NCBI GenBank assembly: GCA_963697895.1
Contig: OY969100.1
Span: 1,152,001-1,216,000, forward strand
Length of the DNA: 64,000 bases
From: an uncultured Methanomicrobiales archaeon
GTDB lineage: Archaea > Halobacteriota > Methanomicrobia > Methanomicrobiales > Methanospirillaceae
Reading direction: 5' to 3'
The notes below the pieces were generated by a model, which saw nothing but the letters and a program-made list of their open reading frames with translations, had not been told where the DNA came from and searched no databases. This document shows positions 21,201 through 33,118 of the stretch, piece after piece. The first letter of the stretch is position 1. Every line of letters begins with the position of its first letter. The translations under genes and the position numbers were made by a program.

Positions 21201-24051
21201 ATGCCCGATCCAACCGAAGCACAGACCCGGCGGGAGAAGATCGATCCCCTCCTCAAAGAACAGGGATGGGACGTCAGGAACCGCTCCCAGGTTGTGCTTG
21301 AGGTCGATACCAGGCAGTCCGATTTTGTATCCCGTGATTACAAGACGGTGAAAGAGACTCTTAAAAACGATGAAGAAAGCAAATATGTCGATTATCTCCT
21401 CCTTGATTCTGCCGGTGCACCTTTGGCCATTGTCGAGGCAAAACGTACCTCGAAGGATTCTCACGTCGGGCAGAAGCAGGCCGAAGAATATACAGACGAT
21501 ATCAAACGACAGACCGGGAAGGAGGTTTTCATTTTTCTTACCAATGGCGACCAGATCATGTTCTGGGACCGGTCACGATATCCGCCCCGGTACGTAAAGG
21601 GTTTCTATTCCCGCCGGGACCTTGAACGGGTGAGGTTCCAGACATCGTTCGGCCAGATCCCAAAGGAGATTGAGATCGATCCCCACATCATCGACCGGGC
21701 GAGGGGTATCGAATGTGCAAAGAGAGTCGTTGAACATATTCACAAGGGGAACCGGAAAGGCCTGATCGTCATGGCAACCGGGACCGGGAAGACCCGGGTC
21801 GCCATGGCCATCATCGATGTCCTCATGAGAGAGAACCTTGTCCAGAAAGTCCTCTTTCTCACCGATCGGATCGCCCTCCGGGACCAGGCATTTGTCAAGG
21901 GGTTCAAGGCCTTTTTCCCGGAAGAATCAAAGGATAAAATCCTCTCCGGGATTTACAACCAGAATAAACGATTGTATGTCTCGACGATTCAGACTTTCCA
22001 GGAAATTTTTCTGGAAAAGACGAACGGAGTATATAACCTCTCGCCAGGTGAATTTGACCTGATCATCTCCGATGAGGCTCACCGGTCCATCTATCATAAG
22101 TGGCGTGATATCTTCACCTATTTTGACTCTATGCAGATCGGATTGACCGCAACTCCGGCAGACCTCATCGAGCGGGATACGTTCCGGTTCTTCGGATGCC
22201 AGGACCATTCCCCCACAGCTCTCTACACCTATGAGGAAGCAGTGGAGGACGGGGTTCTGGTTGATTTCCGGAAGGGTATCGTCAGTGCCCAGACCCATTT
22301 CAAGATACACGGGATTACTCCCCGCGACCTTACCGATGGAGAACGTCAGCGGCTCATCGATCAGGGAATCGATCCCGACGAAATCAATTTCGAGGGGAGC
22401 GATCTTGAGAAGAAAATCGCGGTGAAAGGAACTTCCGAAGCGATCGTGCGTGAGTTCATGGACAGTCTGTCTTCGTGACGAGTCCGGGATGCTTCCGGCA
22501 AAGTCGATCTTCTTTGCGATCTCGAAGAAGCATGCCTCCCGGCTGCAGGAGGCATTTGATTCGCTCTATCCGGAATACCGGGGCGATTTGGCAAGGACGA
22601 TCGTATCCGAAGATTCGCGGGCCTCTACCCTGATCAGAGAGTTTGAGGACAAGTCCCTACCGAGAGTTGCGATCTCAGTGGATATGCTCGATACGGGTAT
22701 CGATATTCCGGAGGTGAGCAACCTGGTCTTTGCAAAGCCGGTCTTCTCGAAGATCAAATTCTGGCAGATGATCGGGAGGGGCACCCGGTCGAACGCTGCC
22801 TGCACGCACTTTAACTGGTTGCCGAACGGGAAGAAAGAAAGGTTCCTGATCTTCGACTTCTGGAATAATTTCGAATACTGGGAGATGCATCCCGAGGGAG
22901 AGGTCCCGGCACAGGTCGAGGCGATGATGGGAAGGATCTTCCTGACCCGGCTGAAGCAGCTCGAATATGCGATGAACCGGGGGGATGAAGCCCTTGCCTC
23001 ATCAGTCCGTGAGAAGATCAGGGACGATATTCAGGCCCTGCCCATGGAATCGGTGACTGTCCGAGAACACAAGAAGGATGTGGAAAAAGCCCTCTCTCCG
23101 GATCTCTGGGACAATGTGGGCCTCGATCCTCTCTCGTTTCTCAGGGAACGGATCCTGTCGCTGATGCGGTTCCGGTCCGGAGGGAACCCTGAGACGGCCT
23201 CCTTCACCCTGAAGTGTGAGCAGCTGGGACTAGCCTCGCTCCAGCACAACGACCGGGAGATCGAACGGCTGAAGGGGGATATCGGCACCATGGTAGACTG
23301 TCTTCCGGAGACGATCAACGCAGTCCGTGAGATGGCCGATGTGAAACGGATGGTACTCTCCCATTCGTTCTGGGACACGCTCAGCTATGACGACAGCCAG
23401 AAAATGATGGCCGACCTCGGTCCCCTGATGCTCTATATGCAGAAGGAACCCACCCGTACGATCATTATCGACATGGCTGACCCGATCGAGAAAGTCCGGG
23501 TTCTATCGCTGCATGAAGAGAAGGAGGAGGAATACATCACCCACTACCGCGAGCAGGTCGAGGCCCGGATCAAGGCCCTTGCCGACCGTAACTTGGCGAT
23601 GAAGAAGATCCGGGAGAACACGCCGCTCACACATGACGACCTGGTATCTCTCGAAGAGACGCTGCTCGGACCGGAGTTCGGCGAAGAGGTCGAGCCTGGC
23701 GAGTATGGGGCCGGAGGGGTGACGGTACGGGATTCGGTCCTGGTCCGGTTCATCCGGCAGGTGCTCGGGCTCTATGAGCAGCCAGACCCCGAAACGTTGA
23801 TCCGGGACGCGTTCCAGACCTTCATGATCGAGCAGAACCGACAGTATTCCGCCGACCAGCTCACCTTTATTCGGATGATCCAATCGTTCTTTGCGAAGAA
23901 GCACCATATCGAGTTCCGAGATTTCTACGAGCCGCCGTTCATTATTCTTGGGTCGAGCGTGCCGATGCCGATGTTCTCGGAGGAGGACCTCAATACATTT
24001 GTGGGAATTTGTAATCGGGTTGAGCGGCAACTGGTCGGGGCGGAGGCGTGA
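21201..24051 (+). CDS. hsdR: type I restriction enzyme R subunit (EcoAI/EcoEI-like; +1 frameshift near 22465)
   Basis: VDYLL...IVEAKR nuclease motif, MATGTGKT, DEAHRS, GLTATP, VDMLDTGID, QMIGRGTR. Confidence 0.92.
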
Positions 24052-24054
24052 GGG

Positions 24055-25224
24055 ATGGAAAAGAGGGAGCTGCCGGAGGGGTGGGAATGGAAGAAATTGC
24101 AGGAAGTCACTTTAAAATATATTAATGGTGGAACGCCTTCCACAGCAATACCAGAATATTGGGATGGTCCAATTCCTTGGACCACCAGTAAATCGATTAT
24201 ATCATGCACTATACACAATGGTGAAAAATTAATATCAGAAGAAGCAATTAAAAAAAGTTCATCAAATATCGTTCCAAAAAATAATGTTCTCATTGCGACA
24301 CGAGTTGGAATTGGAAAATCTGCGGTTAACTCAATAGATATTGCAATTAGTCAAGATTTAACGGGTGTTATCCTCGATAAAAAGATAATTTCACCTGAAT
24401 TTTTTGTCCATTATCTACACAATCAAAAGTTATTAAAGAAACTTGAATCAAGTGCCCGAGGTTCCACAATCAAAGGGCTTCAACGTTCGGATTTGGACCG
24501 AATAGAGATCCCCCTCCCACCTCTCCCCGTCCAGCGCCGCATCGTTGAGATCCTCGAACAGGCGGATGCCCTGCGACGACTCCGGACACAGGCCGATGCA
24601 GAGACGCAGAAACTGCTGCAGAGCGTATTCTATGAGATGTTCGGGGACCCGGTGAGGAATGAGAAGGGGTGGGAAGTTATTGAGCTTGGAGACATTGCTC
24701 TGTTTCAAATGGGTCAATCCCCCCCCGGAATAAGTTATAACAAGAAAGGTATTGGTTTGCCTTTATTGAATGGACCTGAAGAATTTGGGAATAAATATCC
24801 GAATCCAATACAATATACAACACAACCAAAGAAAGTTTGTAAAAAAGGCGATATTTTATTTTGCGTGCGAGGAGCGACAGCAGGAAGGATGAATTTTGCA
24901 GATAAAATATATTGTATAGGTCGGGGATTGGCATCCATAAGGGAAATTCCGAATAAATCAGTAAAACAATATTTATATCAATTTCTTGCATTAAATTATA
25001 ACAAATTTCAGAAAATAGGTCGAGGAAGTACTTTCATTAATATTTCACGTGCCGACTTAAGCACAATAAAAATACCTCTTCCACCCATCTCACTTCAAGA
25101 AAAGTTTTGCTTAGTTGTTGAGGAAACAGAATTGATCCGTGACTTTCAAGGAAGATCAAGCCAAGAAGCTGAGAATTTGTTCGAAGGATTAATGGCCAAA
25201 GTATTCAATGGAGAATTAAAATAA
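24055..25224 (+). CDS. hsdS: type I R-M specificity subunit
   Basis: LPEGWEW, two TRDs, IPLPPLPVQRRIV and IPLPPISLQ conserved repeats, FYEMFGDP. Confidence 0.93.
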   Translation: MEKRELPEGWEWKKLQEVTLKYINGGTPSTAIPEYWDGPIPWTTSKSIISCTIHNGEKLISEEAIKKSSSNIVPKNNVLIATRVGIGKSAVNSIDIAISQDLTGVILDKKIISPEFFVHYLHNQKLLKKLESSARGSTIKGLQRSDLDRIEIPLPPLPVQRRIVEILEQADALRRLRTQADAETQKLLQSVFYEMFGDPVRNEKGWEVIELGDIALFQMGQSPPGISYNKKGIGLPLLNGPEEFGNKYPNPIQYTTQPKKVCKKGDILFCVRGATAGRMNFADKIYCIGRGLASIREIPNKSVKQYLYQFLALNYNKFQKIGRGSTFINISRADLSTIKIPLPPISLQEKFCLVVEETELIRDFQGRSSQEAENLFEGLMAKVFNGELK

Positions 25225-25225
25225 A

Positions 25226-26743
25226 ATGCGCCTCGCCCCCGAACTCAAGTCCAATATTGACATCCTCTGGGACCGCTTCTGGAGCGGAGGCATGTCGAAC
25301 CCTCTCCAGTCCATCGAGCAGATGTCTTACCTTATCTTCATGAAGCGGCTCGAAGACATGGACCTTCAGGAAGCGAACAGGGCGAGGGCAAACAAGATCC
25401 CCTTCACTTCGGCCTTTGCCGGCCACGAAAACTGCCGCTGGTCGGTGTGGAAACACTTCCCTGCCGATAAAATGCTGATCCATGTCCGGGACGTCGTATT
25501 CCCATTCATCAAGAATCTCCACAACGGTGAGAAATCGCTCTTCGCTCAGCATATGCAGGACGCCATCTTTATCATCCCCAAACCCTCCCTCCTCCAGGAA
25601 GCGGTGGCCATCCTTGACGATATGAACATCACCGCCCAGAACCGCGACACACAGGGGGATATCTACGAATACCTCCTCTCCCAGCTCAAGACCGCCGGGA
25701 AGAACGGCCAGTTCCGGACACCTCGTCATCTCATCAGGATGATCGTCGCCCTGGTCGATCCCGATATCAACGACCGGATCTGTGATCCTGCCTGCGGCAC
25801 GGCGGGGTTCCTGGTGAACGCCTACGAGCACATCATCCGGAAATACACGAGCAAAGACCTCCTACACGAAGACGAAGAAGGGGAGATATACAACCTGGTT
25901 GGGGATCGTATCACTAACCCCGAGCATTGGAAGAAGCTCTGGACCGACACCCTCTACGGCTATGACTTTGATGTGACCATGGTCCGTATCTCGCTCATGA
26001 ACATGGTGCTCCACGGGATTCGTGCACCGAAAGTCAATCTCATGGACACCCTCTCCAAGCGGTTCGAGGAGAGAAACCGCTACACTGTCGTCCTGGCCAA
26101 TCCGCCCTTCAAGGGGAGCATCGACAAGACGGATATCAACGACAAGCTCACCCTAGCGACCACCAAGACCGAACTGCTGTTCGTGGAACGGATGATGCAG
26201 CTCCTCCAGGTCGGCGGAAGGTGCGGGGTCATCGTGCCGGACGGCGTCCTGTTCGGGAGCTCGAAGGCTCACAAGAAATTGAGGCAGATGCTCATTGAGA
26301 CCTGTCAGGTCGAAGGTGTGGTGTCCATGCCTTCCGGCGTATTCCGACCGTATGCTGGGGTCTCCACCGCCGTTTTGGTCTTTACCAGGGGCGGGTGCAC
26401 CGACCGTGTGTGGTTCTATGACATGGATGCCGACGGGTACTCGCTTGATGACAAACGGACCTTCATTGACGGCAAAGGGGATATCCCGGATGTCATCGGA
26501 CACTTCAGAAACCGGCGGGAAGAGAACCCTGTCGACCGGAAAAAGAAATACTTCTTCGTCCCGGTAAAAGAGATCATCGAGAACGGGTACGACCTCACCG
26601 TGTCCCGGTACAAGGAGATCGAATACGAGGAGGTCGAGTACGAGAAGCCCGAGATCATCCTTCAGCGGATCGGTGAGCTGGAGGATGAAATTAGGAAAAA
26701 GGTTACTGAACTGGAAATTATTTTAAAAAAAATGAATAAGTGA
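25226..26743 (+). CDS. hsdM: type I R-M N6-adenine methyltransferase subunit
   Basis: GQFRTPRH, DPACGTAGFL and NPPF motifs. Confidence 0.95.
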   Translation: MRLAPELKSNIDILWDRFWSGGMSNPLQSIEQMSYLIFMKRLEDMDLQEANRARANKIPFTSAFAGHENCRWSVWKHFPADKMLIHVRDVVFPFIKNLHNGEKSLFAQHMQDAIFIIPKPSLLQEAVAILDDMNITAQNRDTQGDIYEYLLSQLKTAGKNGQFRTPRHLIRMIVALVDPDINDRICDPACGTAGFLVNAYEHIIRKYTSKDLLHEDEEGEIYNLVGDRITNPEHWKKLWTDTLYGYDFDVTMVRISLMNMVLHGIRAPKVNLMDTLSKRFEERNRYTVVLANPPFKGSIDKTDINDKLTLATTKTELLFVERMMQLLQVGGRCGVIVPDGVLFGSSKAHKKLRQMLIETCQVEGVVSMPSGVFRPYAGVSTAVLVFTRGGCTDRVWFYDMDADGYSLDDKRTFIDGKGDIPDVIGHFRNRREENPVDRKKKYFFVPVKEIIENGYDLTVSRYKEIEYEEVEYEKPEIILQRIGELEDEIRKKVTELEIILKKMNK

Positions 26744-26810
26744 TTCACTTTCTCCTCTATAATCAGGTTATTGAAGAATATCCAGGTGACACTCCCTATC
26801 CAAGTTACCT

Positions 26811-27052
26811 CACCTATTCGAAGAAGTCGCCTGCATGCAGGAGCATGCTCGGATTTTTCTGCGTTGATCCGGTCGATCGCCGATAGAAAATTGTCATGGA
26901 CCTACTTCTCGCGAAGTTTCAATCCGGATTCCAGGTCGAGCCGATTGAACTACAAAAGGCCGGGGTGGGTATTGGCGATGTGGACGAGGTGCATTTTGTA
27001 TTACACTTGTATTGCTTTTGTGGAGAGTGATATAAGCTGGGGTGGGTGGGGT
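26811..27052 (-). pseudogene. mre11: decayed copy of the mre11 5' end plus its upstream region
   Basis: Aligns with 14925..15165. From ATG at 26994 it reads MHLVHIANTHPGLL*FNRLDLESGLKLREK*VHDNFLSAIDRI, versus MHVVHIADTHLGLSQFNRLDPESGMNLREKQIYDNFLSAIERI in the intact gene. Confidence 0.9.
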
Positions 27053-27146
27053 TAAGGTGAAGCAAATCTTTTTTCCGTTAAATGTTAGAGGAAAATATAT
27101 TTGGATTGAAATAAATTGTTTTAATAGTAATGCTGGGGATGCATAG

Positions 27147-27938
27147 ATGCTCACAGGTTCAATTGAATATCGGATTGAAGATGGGCCTGTGTTAGGTTTG
27201 GGCATCTCCATCACAGAAGATGAACTTGAATCAGCACTTGATGGGCCAGTTGCTAAAATAATTTTTGACACCGAAGAAACAGCTCGTTTGACTTTACTTA
27301 TCGAAAGCATTCCTGATACAAATTTCACTTCTGTATCAATTCAAGGAGTATTCTCTTCACGGAGTATTCCAAAAAACTGGCGTGTAGGAGAGGCATTAGC
27401 AGAGGTATATTTAGTTTATAATCATGCTTGTCAATTTCCATGGCCGAATAGTAGAGATGAGAAAAAATCAGGTTCGAGTTTACCTGGGGCAGATCTTGTT
27501 GGTTTTCACAAACATGGTTCAACGTATCGATTTGCATTTGGGGAAGTAAAAACATCCTGTGAAAGCAGGTATCCCCCAGGAGTGATGTATGGAAGGTCCG
27601 GCTTTAAGCAGCAGCTTGAGGATCTAAAGGGAGACCAGACAATTCGTGACGATTTAGTAAAATATCTTGCACATAGGGCAGCAAATTCTACATGGTTAGA
27701 TCAGTTTATTGAAGCGGCTAAGCGTTATTTTTCCAACAGCGGTGACTGCCAAATTTTTGGAATTCTAATTCGTGATGTTCCCCCAAATGGAGATGACCTC
27801 CATTCTCGGACTAACAGACTGGGTCTAAATTGCGCAAACCCCATGTCGATACGTTTATTTGCTTTTTATCTACCTACAAATAGAATACCAACATTAAGTG
27901 AAAATGTCATGCGACGGATACAAGGGGGCAATACATGA
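27147..27938 (+). CDS. PD-(D/E)xK nuclease, Hachiman HamA/DUF1837-like
   Basis: GEALAE...GADLVG...FGEVKT motif spacing; ATGA-coupled to a Ski2-like helicase; AT-rich. Confidence 0.65.
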   Translation: MLTGSIEYRIEDGPVLGLGISITEDELESALDGPVAKIIFDTEETARLTLLIESIPDTNFTSVSIQGVFSSRSIPKNWRVGEALAEVYLVYNHACQFPWPNSRDEKKSGSSLPGADLVGFHKHGSTYRFAFGEVKTSCESRYPPGVMYGRSGFKQQLEDLKGDQTIRDDLVKYLAHRAANSTWLDQFIEAAKRYFSNSGDCQIFGILIRDVPPNGDDLHSRTNRLGLNCANPMSIRLFAFYLPTNRIPTLSENVMRRIQGGNT

Positions 27939-30900
27939 ATATTACGCATGAATCTCTGAGAGATGTTGATTCTCATTGGGCTGTATTCAGCTGTAGGGGA
28001 AGTTGAAAGGGATCGAGGACTTGAGGTGGTTGATGCTCGGTTGGTTAATAAAGCAGTTGGGAGGTGGATAACCTTTGACTTTCATGAAACTGATTTTGAT
28101 GACGATATCTTAAAACGATTAGCAATGGCTTATGAAATAGCAGCAATAGAAGGGCTTTCCTCATTTACAAGTACGACTGCTGATTCAACGATTTTACGTA
28201 TGAAATGCGCCTCCGGTGCATATAGGGCTTTTGAAATTCGACGAATTTTCAACATTCCAGAAGGGAATGAAGAAAAAATCTATCACATTTTACATTTATC
28301 CGCTCTAGCTTATTGTGGGGATCGATGGTCAGATCTTCGACGTTGGTATAATGATAACCGTGAAGCAATTCATCTGTCTTTGCCTGAAAATCCGGCCTGG
28401 GATCATCGTGTATTATATCGTCTTTTTGATTGCTGGATACGGCTATTCCGGAAAGATGGATGGGATGACATAGACCAGATTAACCAAATTATCGCCGATT
28501 TACGAGAAGATCAAGCTTCTTTTGAAGCTGGCGTCCTAAATTCAGGATCTAAGACTAGAGACCAATTTATGGCCTTCAGATTAATTGGATTATATCATTG
28601 GGCAAAAGGGACAGAATTACTTTCAAACTACATGATACATGGGAGACCTTTAGACATCTCGACCCTTCTAGATAAACACTTTGAGACTGCAATAGAATCG
28701 GCAAAGTTAGGTTCTGATGCCCAACTGGAAATATTACTCAGGTGGCTCCATACTACATCGCGACAAATGGTAACCGGATCAATATGGTGGGTTGCAAGAG
28801 CTGAAAATTCGCGAGTTACAGCGTTTGTGAAAGAACTTACTGAAAAACAAGCGATGTTTGAATTATTACCACCCCAACGGGCAGCTTTACAAGAACAAGG
28901 GCTTCTGGATCAAGCAGCTACTGCCGTTGTGATTGATATGCCCACGTCTGGTGGGAAAACTTTGTTGGCCCAGTTCCGAATTTTACAGGCATTGAATACG
29001 TTTTCAGGAGATAATGGATGGGTCGCTTATGTTGCACCTACACGAGCTTTGACCTCTCAAATAACCAGAAGATTACGTCGAGATTTTGAACCAATTAATG
29101 TCCGTGTCGAGCAACTTACTGGCGCGATTGAAATTGATACATTTGAGAATGATTTACTTGCAAGGACGGATGCCTCTAAGTCATTCAATGTCCTCGTCGC
29201 AACCCCTGAGAAACTACAGCTCGTCATTCGAAATAGAAAGGTCCCAAGACCTTTAGCGCTTGTCGTGATGGATGAAGCCCATAATATTGAAAATGCAAAT
29301 CGAGGATTAAGGATTGAATTACTCCTTGCGACAATCAAGCGGGAATGTCGAACTGCCAAATTTCTTTTGTTGATGCCCTATGTCGAAAAAACCGAGACAC
29401 TTGCCAGATGGCTAGCTGACGATATTCATGCCGGACGTGCGATTAGTTTCGGCACAGGTATTTGGAAACCGAATGAGAGAATTGTTGGAATGTATCATGC
29501 TATTGAGGACGCATCTGTAAAGGCTGGGTGGCGCATATCATATAAAACTTTAACAACAACGCCAAAAACCATCACTTTAACTGGTGTTCATTCTGTTGGG
29601 GGTGTGAAACCTCTTCCTCTACCAAAAAGCAGAGTACTCCATAATCTAAGTATTCAAACTGCAGCGATTGCGTCAGTATTATCAGGGCGTGGGACAAGTA
29701 TCGCCGTTGCAAAAACAATTAGAGATACTTGGAGTATGGCTAGGCATCTCAACGCTGCATTCACTCCATTATCCCCAATTCCCCACGAGATCAATCTTGT
29801 TCAGAACTATTTGAAAACAGAAGTGAGTCCTGATTTCGAATTAATCGAGATGTTATCAAAAGGAATCGGCGTCCATCATGCAGGCCTCTCCGACGAAATC
29901 AGAGCATTAATTGAATGGTTAGCAGAGGAAGGCAAGCTGAAAGTATTATGCGCAACAACAACGATTGCTCAAGGTATTAATTTCCCTGTTACATCGGTAT
30001 TCCTTGCCTCCCGTTTTGTTTATAATGAACCTTACAGCGAAGAAATGCCGCCACGAGATTTTTGGAACCTTGCAGGACGAGCAGGTCGAATGAAACACGA
30101 TAGTGTTGGGGTTGTAGGCTTGGCGGGGGGGAATAATCCTGATGAAATTGTGGAATATGTTAAAAAAGCCACAGGGGAATTAGCTTCGCAATTAGTGGAT
30201 TTATTAAATGATTTGGAGAGGAATGGTCAGTTAAATAATCTTCAAGTTGTGATACAAGATAAACAATGGGAAGATTTCCGGTGTTATGTTGCCCATTTAT
30301 GGAATGAGGTAAGAAATTTAGAAAATGTTCTCTCAAATACCGAACAACTTTTACGTAATACATATGGATATAACATTCTTCGCGATTCCGAAAATGGACG
30401 AAGAAAAGCAGATAAACTTCTTGAAGTCACAAAAAATTACGCTAGGTGGTTATCAGACCATTCGGATTATGCAGAAATGGCAGATATGACAGGTTTTTCT
30501 CCTGAAGGAGTAGAGGAAGCGATTAATGGTTTAAACGGATTAGAACGACAACTAACACCTGATGATTGGACTCCAGAGAGTTTATTCGGTCAGGCCTCTG
30601 AGATGGCCCATCTTTATGGAATCATGCTCAATGTGCCAAAACTTGCTGAATCTCTAAAAAAGATAGGAGGCGAAGGAAGAGAATTTGAACACATCGCTGA
30701 TTTAACAAGTGATTGGGTGAACGGGAAAAGCATTCAGGAAATTGCGCGAGCATATTTTGGTGGAGACATTGATCAAACAAAAGCGATAACTCTTGCTAGT
30801 AAAGCAATCTATCAAAATCTAGTAAATTCAGGAACATGGGGCTTTTCAGACTTTAAGTCATCTCTCCGGGTTCGATTTTGAAAATTTATCTGAATCTATG

Positions 30901-31185
30901 CGTCGTCAAATAAATGCAATACCTGCTATGGTGTATTATGGTGTTAAAACCGAGGATGCGGTTTTGATGAGAATGAATTCAGTTCCAAGAAGTGTTGCGG
31001 AAAAACTTGGTCAAAAATATAGAGCATCATTTAGTGAACAATCCACAGACTTTGGGGTTCAAGAAGCTCGCTTTTTCCTTAAAAATCTTGATGAATCTGG
31101 CTGGGATCTAGTGCGTCCAGATAATGCCTTTTTGTCAGGAGCAGAATATAAAGGTATATGGAAAATTCTATCCGGTGAGGAATGA
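27935..31185 (+). CDS. Ski2-like SF2 DEAH helicase, Hachiman HamB-like (+1 frameshifts near 27985 and 30850)
   Basis: PTSGGKT, APTRAL, ATPEK, DEAH, HHAGL, TTTIAQGINFP, NLAGRAGR; long helical N-terminus; C-terminal part is ORF 30898..31185. Confidence 0.8.
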
Positions 31186-31682
31186 TTTGTTATATACTAC
31201 AGGAAGTTAAACATAAAAATTTTTAAACCTATATTATCGTCCAACAAAAGAAGAATTTGAGTTTATTTATTGCATATTTCTGCAATATTGTTATATTTTG
31301 TTACAGACCATCAAGGTTTTATTGTAAGATTCTCCGTTTGGAGGAGAGTCCAAATAATTTCTTAGGTTTTATGCACATACTTGATATTATCAGGTCTATC
31401 AAATTCAAGCTGCGTTGTTTTGTCATATATACTTAGATAAGAATTACTCGTCGATCTCCTGTCTATACCCAACTCAATTAATCGGTAAATCTTATCCAAC
31501 AGAAGGATATATGCATGAGAAAATACGAGCACATGTTCGAAACACTTGAGAACTTCTACTTTGTCGGCTAACTATGACGTTTTTCGCCAGGTGATCGAAC
31601 GAGGACCCAATCCCTTCGATGAAAAATGAGCAAGGATTACTCACGTATATCTCCTTCCTTATCGACAATTAACCAGATCACC

Positions 31683-32174
31683 ATGACTCTCACAGACCTC
31701 CTCATCATCCTCTTAGCCTTCATCATCGGCCTCTTCGCGGCATATCTTTATTTCCGGCAGCGGATCTCCGTGATCGAAGAACGGGCGAGAAACGACCTCG
31801 AACGCTGGAAACTGGAATGCACGAGTGATATCCGGAAGGATTCCGTCAACCGCTCGCGTTCGACGCTCAAAGGAAAAATCTCCGAGCAGATGGCCCCGTT
31901 CCTGCCGGAGTTCCCGTTCTCCCCGGCCGATGCCCGGTTCATCGGCAACCCGATCGATTTTGTCGTCTTCGACGGGTACACGAAGGCAAAGGACGAGAAG
32001 GGCGATTCGATCGGGGTCGTGCTCGTTGAGGTGAAGAAGGGAAAGGGGAAACTCTCGCGGGAAGAACGGCTGATCCAGAAGGCGGTCGAAGAGGGGCGGG
32101 TCACCTGGCAGACGATCGTGTTGAAGGATGAAAACTCCATCGGTTCCGGGGCAGACGAAGACCCTGCTGCATGA
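31683..32174 (+). CDS. membrane-anchored Holliday junction resolvase-like endonuclease (COG4741)
   Basis: N-terminal TM, GKISEQMAPFLP, FIGNPIDFVVFDG, VEVKKG. Confidence 0.88.
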   Translation: MTLTDLLIILLAFIIGLFAAYLYFRQRISVIEERARNDLERWKLECTSDIRKDSVNRSRSTLKGKISEQMAPFLPEFPFSPADARFIGNPIDFVVFDGYTKAKDEKGDSIGVVLVEVKKGKGKLSREERLIQKAVEEGRVTWQTIVLKDENSIGSGADEDPAA

Positions 32175-32288
32175 AGGAGTCAGGGAAATCGAAAGAAAAC
32201 AATTGAATATTATTCCGGTTCTTATTGTACCTTTTATTTGCTCAATTAACCCGAAAGGATATAATCTCTTCATTCTAACCGTTTAACA

Positions 32289-33044
32289 ATGGACGTTACC
32301 CTTATTTCTGCAATGTTTGAAGGATTACCCCGGCAAGGTCCGGGATCGGATGAATCAACCGTTCGTGCCTGTTCCTGTATCCCGTCCTCTTTCAGGGTGG
32401 GGAAAATTCTGGACATCGGGTGCGGTTCCGGGATGCAGACCCTTGCTCTGGCACAGTACTTTCCGGATAGCAAGGTTACGGCGATCGATATCCATCGACC
32501 GTTTCTCGATGAACTGCGGAAAAGGGCAAAAATTGCCGGTCTTGATGAGAGGATCTTAACTCACCGGGCATCGATGGACAATCTTCCCTTTGAAGAAGAG
32601 TCCTTTGATATTGTCTGGGCAGAAGGTTCCGCGTTTATCATGGGGCTCTCTTCTGCGCTCGGGTACTGGAAAACATTTTTAAAACCGGATGGATTTCTGG
32701 TATTTTCTGACTGTACCTGGTTTACTGATTCGCCGTCAGAAGAGTGCAGGGTTTTCTTCGATACCGTATCTCCTGATATGCCGTCGGAATCCGGTACTGA
32801 AGAGATCGTTCGATCTGCAGGGTTTACCGTTGTCGGTTCATTCCGGCTTCCCGATGCAGGGTGGTGGGATCAGTGTTATTCTCCTTTGGCAGAACGGATT
32901 CCCCGGTTAAAAGAAAAATATGCAACCAATCACGATGCACTGGATATCATACACGGGTTAGAAACTGAGCTGGAGATTCATCGAAAATATTCAAAGGAAT
33001 ATGGATATTGCTTTTTCATAATAAAGAATACCGATTCGGAATAA
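32289..33044 (+). CDS. class I SAM-dependent methyltransferase
   Basis: LPRQGPGS, ILDIGCGSG, FDIVWAEG, LKPDG. Confidence 0.9.
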   Translation: MDVTLISAMFEGLPRQGPGSDESTVRACSCIPSSFRVGKILDIGCGSGMQTLALAQYFPDSKVTAIDIHRPFLDELRKRAKIAGLDERILTHRASMDNLPFEEESFDIVWAEGSAFIMGLSSALGYWKTFLKPDGFLVFSDCTWFTDSPSEECRVFFDTVSPDMPSESGTEEIVRSAGFTVVGSFRLPDAGWWDQCYSPLAERIPRLKEKYATNHDALDIIHGLETELEIHRKYSKEYGYCFFIIKNTDSE

Positions 33045-33118
33045 ATCAGGAAGAGAAGAGCGGGGCTGTATCGTCGTGCAGAAAGAATGATTAAGCAAAA
33101 CCGGAGCTATGGTGACGT

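Noticed and set aside
31510-31630. Possible 3' gene remnant (…YDVFRQVIERGPNPFDEK*)
   Set aside because: Short, interrupted and not assignable to a family by eye.
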